59,527 nucleotides of DNA from Methanobacteriota archaeon (GTDB lineage: Archaea; Thermoplasmatota; Poseidoniia; Poseidoniales; Poseidoniaceae): positions 1-59,527 of the forward strand of contig JAACDG010000072.1 of the NCBI GenBank assembly GCA_009937025.1, read 5' to 3'. The notes under the pieces are model-generated. The model saw nothing but the letters and a program-made list of their open reading frames with translations. It was not told the origin of the DNA and made no database searches. Both the position numbers and the translations under genes were made by a program. This document shows positions 8,999-18,300 of the stretch, one piece after another. Numbering within the stretch: position 1 is the stretch's first letter; each line of letters begins with the position of its first letter.

Positions 8999-9847
8999 TT
9001 GGTCATTCAATACCGAGATATTGAATTCACTCCAATTCAGGCAGGCAGTACTTTTCTCGGCACTGAAAAGGGCGGATGGATGTATGGTGGCCAACGACCC
9101 CGGCATGAAGTTCAGTGTCCTGAATTTTATGCAATGAAGACTGTTTTATCACAAAGCCAATTGCAACAATTGCTTCGGCTTGATGAAGAAAAAATTCTCT
9201 TGAGCGGAGAGCGTATAGGACATATTTGTCGACACTTATCAGAAGGCTTTGAACCGAAAGAACATGGACTTGATACGGAGAAATCATGGGAAATACGCTG
9301 CCCAAGTGAAGGCGAGTGGCGTCATGCACACGGATTCATCCAATTCCAACTCAACCCTGGAAAAATCGAAGTATTATCGGATGGCGTTTCTAATAATTAT
9401 CGAGGTGCCATGATGGATGCTCGACCACGCTCCTTTACTGGAATTGGCCCAATGGCTGAACATCGAGCAGCAATTGAAACCCACCCAAAGCAAGAAGGCG
9501 TCACTGCACTTTCAAGCGCACCTATGGACCGAGAGTTGAGAGACCTAGTTATCCGTCTTGTCATAACACCTGTTCGCGTAGGTGAACCCGTTTGTGTTCC
9601 TCTCAATGCAGACTTAGCAGCCAATATACGCGGTGAAATGTTTTGGACACTTCTACTTGGAGTCATTCCGTCTTTTGTGATTCCAATCGCCAGAGGAATG
9701 GGGAGTTATGCAATCAATGGATGGGCAAACCTACTCTTTGGCGGATTATGTGCTGGTTTTGTCACAGGGGCTGTTTGGCGTCCGCGCCGGCCCACAATCT
9801 TCTACGATGATGTGGCGGAGTCAATCATCGATGACGGGCGAGACTAA
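8999..9847 (+). CDS. FGE-sulfatase (SUMF1)-like domain protein with C-terminal TM helices
   Basis: IEFTPIQAGSTFLGTEKGG..RPRHEVQCPEFYAMKTVLSQSQ and CPSEGEWRHAHG resemble the formylglycine-generating-enzyme fold pattern. Two C-terminal hydrophobic helices. TTG start. The 3' end overlaps convergent maeB by 27 nt. Confidence 0.5.
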   Translation: MVIQYRDIEFTPIQAGSTFLGTEKGGWMYGGQRPRHEVQCPEFYAMKTVLSQSQLQQLLRLDEEKILLSGERIGHICRHLSEGFEPKEHGLDTEKSWEIRCPSEGEWRHAHGFIQFQLNPGKIEVLSDGVSNNYRGAMMDARPRSFTGIGPMAEHRAAIETHPKQEGVTALSSAPMDRELRDLVIRLVITPVRVGEPVCVPLNADLAANIRGEMFWTLLLGVIPSFVIPIARGMGSYAINGWANLLFGGLCAGFVTGAVWRPRRPTIFYDDVAESIIDDGRD

Positions 9848-12142
9848 AGTTTCCCAATATGAATCTTGACGAATGGCATCAGCAGCACATATTGCGGCCA
9901 TATTGACGATGTGGCGAACACCGTCTTGACGCGCTACAAGTTGCACTGGTTTGTCCATGCCTTCTAAAATTGGGCCCGTCATTTCCGCATCGCCAAGTTC
10001 TTCGAGTAATTTGTAGGCAATGTTAGCCGCAGCAAGGTTTGGCAAAACCAGAACATTTACTGGACCATCGAAATCCATGAACGGGTATTCGGTTTGTACG
10101 TCTCCATTGAGGGCTGTGTCTGCTTGCATTGGCCCATCGATAACCAGTGAAGGGTCAAGTTCCCGAGCAAAGTCTATTGCCTCTTCAATTCGCTCAGAAC
10201 GTTGTGCACGGCTTGAACCAAAATTGGAAAAGGACAACATCGCTACTCTCGGAGCAACACCGAAACGTCGGGCTACCTTCGCAGTCTGCACTGCAATTTC
10301 AGCAAGAGTTCTGCTATCAGGGTAGACATTTACTGTCGCATCTGCGAGGAATATTGTTCGGCCTTTGACGTTCATCATGTAACAGCCAACGACACAATGC
10401 GATTTTTCATCAGGACCGATGAGTTCGAGTGTTGGACGCAAAACATCGCCATAGTTTCGGCTTACTCCACCGACAAAGCCGTCTGCATCACCATTCACGA
10501 CCATTTGACTGGCAAAATAAGGGCGCGATTTGAGCAAACGGTGCGCATCAGCATAGGTCATGCCTTTTCGACTGCGCTTTTGCATCAACTTTTCAGCAAA
10601 AATTCCTTTCCGCCGTTCGTCTTTGCGAGGGTCGAAAACCTCGTATTCGAAATGTAATCCGAGTTCTTCAATCATGTTTTCAATTCGCTTTTTTGGACCC
10701 AATAAAATTGGATAGCAGATTTTCTGATCGACCAACTGGGCAGCAGCCCGTAGAACTTTCTCATTGTCGCCCTCAGGGAATACAATTCGCTTTCCTTTCC
10801 CTCGGACTTGATTGATGATGTGCCTCATAATCGAATAAGAAAGGCCCAGACGAGCTTCTAATTGTTCTCGATAATCGACTATTGAAAATTCCTCGGGCTT
10901 GACGGCAGCAACACCTTCTTGTACTGCGGCTTGAGCAACAGCAGATGCTTCCCAAATCAAAACTCGACGGTCGAATGGTTTGGGGATGATGTATTCGGGA
11001 CCATACTGCATTGTCGCTCCATCGTAAGCGGCTGAAATATAATCTGGAACCGGTTCTTTTGCAAGTTCAGCAAGTGCTACTGTGGCGGCCATTTTCATCC
11101 CTTGAGTAATGTCGCGAGCACGTACATCAAGTGCCCCTCGGAAGATGTAAGGGAAACCGAGTACATTGTTGACTTGGTTTGGATAGTCAGAACGCCCTGT
11201 AGCAATAATGGCATCATCACGGACCTCAAGAATTTCCTCAGGTGTGATTTCAGGCGTTGGGTTTGCAAGAGCGAAAATAATCGGTTTTTTGGCCATCGAA
11301 GCAACCATCTCTTTGCTAACAAGGCCGCCTCTTGAAAGTCCAAGCATCACGTCCGCATCTTGTAATGCATCTGCCAATTCACCTGCTTCTCTGTCATGGG
11401 CAAACGGTGCTTTGTATTCATTTAACTCACCTGCTTCAAGACGGGCTTTGGTGACAATACCTTTGCTGTCAACCATAGATATGTTTTCGCGTGTTACGCC
11501 AATTGCGACATAATGATTGGCGCATGCAATGGCACTCGCACCAGCGCCGATAACGACCACCTTGATGGTATCAAGGCTTTTTTCTTGGAGTTCAACCGCA
11601 TTGAGTAAAGCCGCTGCCGAAATGATAGCGGTGCCATGCTGATCATCATGCATAACCGGTATGTCAGTTGATTCTGCAATTCTTCGTTCGATTTCAAAGC
11701 ATTCTGGAGCTTTGATATCTTCTAGATTTATTCCTCCGAATGTCTTTGAGATATTGACGACCGTTTCAATGAAAGACTCGGGGTCTTCAGTATCGACTTC
11801 AATGTCAAAAACATCGATATCAGCAAATGTCTTCAGTAAAAGGCCCTTTCCCTCCATCACCGGTTTACTGGCAAGAGCGCCGATGTTACCAAGTCCGAGG
11901 ACGGCTGTTCCGTTGGATATGACTGCAACCAAATTTCCTTTCGAAGTATAGCGATATGCGTCCTCGGGACGTTCTGCAATATCCAAACAAGGGTAAGCAA
12001 CACCCGGTGAATAAGCAAGACTCAGTTCATGGGCTGTTGAATGGGGTTTCGTGGGTACAACCTTGATTTTACCACGCGGTTTCGCTTCGTGGTATTCAAG
12101 CGCTTCTTTTCGAAGCAAGCGCTCTTTTTTATCGAGATTCAT
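9821..12142 (-). CDS. maeB: NADP-dependent malic enzyme with C-terminal phosphotransacetylase-like domain
   Basis: 773 aa. N-terminal malic enzyme motifs (LSLAYSPGVA, VISNGTAVLGLGNIG, VVIGAGASAIA) and a ~330-aa PTA-like C-terminal domain typical of MaeB. Confidence 0.95.
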   Translation of the reverse strand: MNLDKKERLLRKEALEYHEAKPRGKIKVVPTKPHSTAHELSLAYSPGVAYPCLDIAERPEDAYRYTSKGNLVAVISNGTAVLGLGNIGALASKPVMEGKGLLLKTFADIDVFDIEVDTEDPESFIETVVNISKTFGGINLEDIKAPECFEIERRIAESTDIPVMHDDQHGTAIISAAALLNAVELQEKSLDTIKVVVIGAGASAIACANHYVAIGVTRENISMVDSKGIVTKARLEAGELNEYKAPFAHDREAGELADALQDADVMLGLSRGGLVSKEMVASMAKKPIIFALANPTPEITPEEILEVRDDAIIATGRSDYPNQVNNVLGFPYIFRGALDVRARDITQGMKMAATVALAELAKEPVPDYISAAYDGATMQYGPEYIIPKPFDRRVLIWEASAVAQAAVQEGVAAVKPEEFSIVDYREQLEARLGLSYSIMRHIINQVRGKGKRIVFPEGDNEKVLRAAAQLVDQKICYPILLGPKKRIENMIEELGLHFEYEVFDPRKDERRKGIFAEKLMQKRSRKGMTYADAHRLLKSRPYFASQMVVNGDADGFVGGVSRNYGDVLRPTLELIGPDEKSHCVVGCYMMNVKGRTIFLADATVNVYPDSRTLAEIAVQTAKVARRFGVAPRVAMLSFSNFGSSRAQRSERIEEAIDFARELDPSLVIDGPMQADTALNGDVQTEYPFMDFDGPVNVLVLPNLAAANIAYKLLEELGDAEMTGPILEGMDKPVQLVARQDGVRHIVNMAAICAADAIRQDSYWETLVSPVIDD

Positions 12143-12225
12143 AGTTGGACCTTACCCAACGAAGCAGGTCTTAGGTTTGAGTGTTGCGTGAAAGGTATCG
12201 GCTTAGGAGTCTATCTGCATACATG

Positions 12226-12259
12226 CATTGGAATGTCGAGGCTAGTATTCATTCCAATG
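12226..12259. promoter_or_regulatory. Perfect 10-bp-stem inverted repeat in the divergent maeB / giant-protein intergenic region
   Basis: CATTGGAATG (12226-12235), 14-nt loop, CATTCCAATG (12250-12259). It shares the TTCCAATG core with the repeats upstream of mcm. Confidence 0.3.
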
Positions 12260-12378
12260 ACAAGAAAATAAAAAGCAAGGTTTTGACGATTGTAGAGTAT
12301 TTTTGACCTCAATTTAATGAGATGCTATTACACGGCAGAGGGGCGCGTTCAAATACCCTAAAACCCCGATTGCAATTC

Positions 12379-15300
12379 ATGAACATGAAAGCGGACACTG
12401 CGACCCTGCCTCGCGACGCTCGAAGAGCACTCCTTCTCGTGGTGTTAATGCTGCTTTCATCGGCAGCACCATTGCTCACAATCCCTGGTGTTTCTGCCCA
12501 TGAATCCAATGCCGATACTATTTGGCCTCAAGAGGGAAGTAACGATACGGGTTGGGTCCAATTGGATGCAGTAGGTGCAAATGCAGTTACAGGCGGTCAA
12601 GCAAGTGCTTCGTGGACTTTAGAATTCGCACCGGGTGCTGACCTGTCCAACATTTCATTCCAAGTTCGAGTCGATGGAAGTGATGGTTTGATGATTGAAG
12701 AGCCAATGCTCGTGGCGAGTGATATTGGCGTCAATTTACTCGACTGGAGAGGGCTTGGCATGCTTGGTTCACAAGACAGTTTTACTGGGCCAAATCCATA
12801 TTCTGGCCGCTTGAGTCCAAACAGCGATTCTGGTGCTACTTGGACGCTACCTTCGGATGCTGAAATTACTGACTTGGTCATCGAGGCTCTTTCACCTGTT
12901 GACCCGCTTGTATCATTAGCACCATTGGAGTTCAACATTGTAACTCATGCAATTCATCCCGATGACGGAAGGATGTATCTTGCAATAGATACTTTCATTT
13001 TGACATTAGATTATTCGAACGACCCAGTTATTATCGATGTCCTTGATTTTGAGTATGATATCCATGATTTGGTGATTGATACGACCAACAATCTGCTCCA
13101 TGTCCTCACCGATGACGGCCTTTTCTTCGCATTTTCTCTTGATGATACAAGCGAGCAACCAGGCCTTCCAACTCCTTCGCTTTCACTACCAGCCCTCGAT
13201 AAATTCATGATTGCTTCCGACGGTAATGTCTATGCTGCAAACGAAAACGGTATTGCGCAATGGGACGGTTTGAGTTGGAACTATCCTATGACAAAAACCA
13301 CATTTGGAGCAGCTTTAGACATGGTTGAAGTGAACAATATCCTCTACATTTCTTTTGCCGATGAAGGGGTTGTGAGATGGGATATAAACTCCGGAAGTCC
13401 ACTCTCGACCTGGTCAACTGCAAACAGCCTTCACTCGGATGAAATTACTGAAATGATAGTCTCGGGAAATCAACTCCTGCTCGCATCTCCAAACAATGGA
13501 TTGGCGCGTTATGATTGGAGTTCTGGTTTTTGGCTCTCAACTTGGAATGATGGAAATTGGCTCACCAGTAACACCATCAATGGTGTGGTTCGTTCCGGTT
13601 CTGATTTGTTCATTCTAAGTGGAGATACGTTGCACGAGTATGATACAAGTGTTGGCGTCTTTGCTTCATCTCAACCAATCTCAAGTTTTGGATTATCAGG
13701 TGATGGACAAGATCTCTTTGCATGGCCCGCTGCAGGAACACGTGCGCCAGGAGTTGAAACTTTGGTGCTTGGAAATGGATTTGGTTCGTTTGCTGAGTTA
13801 ACTCCAGGTTCGACTCCGCTTCAAACTGGAACGCTCCTGCTTGGGAGCGGACCCACTTCTTCAAGCATGCAAGATGCTACAGAACTCAACGGCGTAGTCT
13901 TCGTTGCTGCCGATGATTACATGAATCGTTTTGATACACAAGCCTCACGTTGGCTCCAGCCCGTTTATCTTGGAACAATAGTCAATCATTTGATGAACGA
14001 TGGTTCACATGTCTTCATCGCTTCTGAAAGTGGATTACATCAAATGCACAACAACGGAACATTGCTTCAAACGTGGGATTCATCAAATTCTGACCTGAAT
14101 GATGACAACATCATCCGTGTTGACTCAGACGGGTCAACCGTTGTTGGAATCACGGGGCAGGGCCAAATGATCCGTATCGATTTGACAGGAGCATTGACTC
14201 CTGCTGCTCCAGTCTACGATACCGCTGCTGTTGACCTTGCGTTGTTCAGTAATACGGTACATTTAGCGACAGATACCAGTGGAGTTCTTCGATATGACCT
14301 TGCCAATGACTCATGGCTAACACCATGGATTTCCACAGGCGTCAATGATGCAAATAACGTACCTGTTGCCGTCACTGGCGACATTCTTTACTTTGGAATT
14401 CCTGGATACGGCGTAGCACGAAAAGACCTTGCAACAGGTGAATTAATGTCTCCTCTCATCGAGTTGAGCAATACTGGACAAGGCTCAGCTAATGCTGTTC
14501 TCCCAAATGACAACATCTACGCTTTAGAAGCGGATGGAAGTAACCTCTACATCGGAACCAGTAACGGTGCTATTGAATGGGATGGAACGAGTTCCACATC
14601 CTTCCAACTAGGCAGTCGATGGAATACTCGACCTCAACAATATTTCGATTTCGCTGTATCTGGAGGAACTGTGTACGCTGGAACAAATATCGGTGTTTGT
14701 GCTTGGCCAACAAGTCAAATCTCCTCTACTTCCCCGGATTGCCTCAACGTATACGACGGAATGCCGAACTGGGCAACTTATTCTGTTGAAGCCGATAGTT
14801 ACGGCTACATTTTCGGAGGAACGACGTCCGGGGTTGGAATTATCACTGCATCTCCTTACGATGTCATTGGAGAATGGGAGGCAGGCGAGCAGACTCAGAA
14901 TGCTCCTGCCGCAGTGGTCGGAGATATTGCCTTCATTGCTCTAGACGGAATTGGAATTGCCCGATATGATATCCCCAATAACGCATGGCTCACCCTTTGG
15001 ACAGAGGATAATTATCTCGACAATGGTAACGAAGATGCGACTGCTCTTTCTGTTGATGTGAATCCAAATTATATTTGGGTTGGAGGTTCAGACGGATTCC
15101 AACTTCTCAACGCAACAACTGGTTTTGAAGTGTATGATATCGAAAAAACCAGCAGCCTCTTTGCTGGAAATGGCGACCCTCTCGACATGATTCTCCATGG
15201 AAATACCATGTATTACCATGACGGGACAAGCAGCGATAATATCTATCGCTTTGATGCCCTCAACTTTACTGCACTCTCGGCCTTAGATGCTGGAGCACAA

Positions 15301-18300
15301 GTTGATGAAAACAATGGAGATGTCAATGGCTTGAACATTATTGATGGGATTTTAATGGCAAGTGTCTCTTCACCAAACTGGTGGCAAGTTGACGGTTCCG
15401 GAGGTATTGCTCAATGGAATACCAGCAACGGTTCTTGGGGCGAGAGTATCTTACCTATTGGCCAAGTAGACCGAGTCACTGCATACGAATCTACAACAGG
15501 AAACTTGTGGATATCTTGGGGCGAAAGCAACTTGGAACTCATCGCACCAAACGGTACGACCATCGGAACTTGGGATGACAACGACTTTGATTTCCCGATT
15601 CGAGAAATTCTTGAATACAATGGAGAAGTCTTGTTTGCTACTGAAGATGGAGTGGCTCGATACAATGAGTCCAGCAACCAATGGCTCACGATGTGGGAGG
15701 AAGGGGCTGGCTTACCAAACAATGCTGGAAACAGAATCTATGAGTTGTGGACCGATGGATACAACCTTGTTGTAGGAGGCGGGGACGTCAGTGGCTTTGG
15801 ACAATTCCAAGGTGGAGCGGTTTCTCATTGGGATGGTAGCGCTTGGACTCAATTTGATTTAGGACAAAGCGGCACCCCCAACGGTTATCCAATCTCTATG
15901 GCCCTCTGTGGCGGTGTACTCAATATTGGTATTTACGCTAACAACGGCGGTGTTGCTCGATTAGATTTGGCGAACAGTTCCATTATTGGCTCGTTCACTC
16001 GCGCTGATTGGAATGAAAATTATGGAGAAGTTGCAGGTGTTGCCTGCGATACTACTGATACGCTTTATATCGCCTTTTATGAAGATCAAGCAGACGTGAA
16101 GAAATACAGTTTCTCAACAGGTAATTGGCTTACACCAATTACTTCTGGAACCAATGGCTTACCGAGCGACCGTGTTTGGTGGGACTCGATTGGATACGCA
16201 AACGGTGGCCTCGTTCTTGGACACGGTATCGGCTTGTCAGGAAATAACATCATCGGTGGAGGATTCTCACTCATTGCCACTTCTGGGAATTCAAATGCTC
16301 AAGCCAGTGTCAATGGTGCTGGGTCTTCTGTAACTTCATTCCAATGGTTGGGAAGTGAATGGTTGGTTGGACAAGCGGGCGGTTCTTCAGGATTCAGTAA
16401 AGTCGAGACCATTAGTCCTCTTGGACAAAATACGATTGCTGCACTACCTGGCTTAGTCAGTGGTCAAGTAACAACAATGACTGGAAACGGTACACATTTG
16501 TGGATTACAACTGCAGGTACAAACCAAGGATTTGGTCAATCAAGTGGCGCTGGACTCTTACAAGGGGAACGGCAAGCCGATGGAACAATTCTGTGGCAAG
16601 ATGGTTGGACGATGACTGCAAACAGTAAGGCCCCAGACACCGAACTGATTGGCACTGACCTCTATATCACAACCACTCCAACTGGATTGTACAAACTTGA
16701 CACAACCACAGGAATTGTCACACGTTTGAACGGTGGATTGCACAATAACCTCGATGGAATGGTTCGTGTTGGTACTACCCTTGTTCTTGGACTCATGGGA
16801 AGTGGAGGCTCCGCTCCTGGGGTACAACTCTATGATATTCAAACTGGTTACGGAAACGGGAAACTCATCGGAGGCCTACCTTCGAACGCCATCAATAATT
16901 TTGCTGCAACTCCAGACACACTCTACATCGCCACCAACGGTGGTGTTGGTCGTTGGGATTATGCGGCGGCTGATTGGATCAATCCTTTGACAACTACCGA
17001 TGGACTCCCTACCAACATCGTTGAAGATGTTCTTGTCGAAGGAAATTACCTTTGGATGACGACAACTGCTGGCTTGGTTCAAATGAACCTCACAACCAAT
17101 GCTACAACGTTGTACACTTCTGCTTCAGGGCTCATGGGGACTTCCACCATGTCTCTCACATCTTACTCTCCTCCGTCAACCACAGGCGAAACAACACTGT
17201 TCATCGGGCATGATGGAGCTGGAAGTGAACGCCCTGCTGTTACGACTATTGGTTTGACTTCTGGAACAATTATTGGCCATGAATTTGACCAATTACCATC
17301 CAATAATATCGATGCTTTGGCAAGTGATTACTGGGGCATACATATCGCCACAGACATCGGGCCAATGACCCATTGGAACAGTACCTCTTCGTTCTTTGAA
17401 AACGGAATTCCGTCCTACCAAATCTTTGGTTGGCCTGTACAAAAAATGGTCAGCGACGGAAACCATATTTTGATATTCGGTGGAAACGGTATTTCAATTG
17501 TAGAAGCTCGAACAAGTTCACATCAAAACCTCAAAATGATATCCATGCCGATGCTTACAGGCGGTACAATTTCATCGGATTATATTTGGCTCACGTCAGC
17601 CTGGGAAGGATTATTTGGATACGAAAATAACCCTCAATACACCGAAATTGAACGTCAATCTGTTCGGTATGCAGACCCCCTGAATGTTGGATTTAATTTG
17701 GTGACTCAAGATATTACCGATATGACACATCCAGGAATGAGTATTACACTTGCTGACCTCAACTCAACAGTTGCTCTCGACCCAACACAAGGTGTTGTTG
17801 GAACCAATGGAATCTTATTCCAAACCGTTCCGTTGGCATTCACCTCTCCGGTGAATAATGCCGCTACATGGGCTCAATCAAAGAGCCTCAAGTACAATGC
17901 AACAATCGAACTTGCAAACACGCCTGATTTTGAAACTACAATGCAACTCGCTGTTGATAACGGTGTTATCATCAACGGAACTCAATTCTTGCAGTTGACA
18001 CTCCGTTCTCCTTCAAACGGTTCGTTGCAAGTTCGCCTCATCTACGATTACGTCCGTACTGAAACGCCGATTACCATGACCGATATCGTTGACCGTCCTG
18101 ACGATGGCGGTGGCGCCTTGATAGCGAATTGGAGCCTTGTTCACGATGATAACTTTGCTCGATACCTGATTTACGTCAATGAAGGACCATTCCCGAACGC
18201 TTTACCACTTACTGCCAATGACCTTTCTGGACGCACAATTGACAAAGCAATTTCATTGCATAGTCGACTCTCGAGCGAAGTCACCACGGCCAATGGAACC

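Noticed and set aside
12340-12362. GGGGCGCGTTCAAATACCC, a T-arm-like string suggesting a tRNA
   Set aside because: No complementary acceptor stem, D-arm or anticodon arm can be drawn around it. It lies inside or just upstream of the giant gene N-terminus. I recognised no tRNA, rRNA, SRP or RNase P RNA anywhere in the window by eye.
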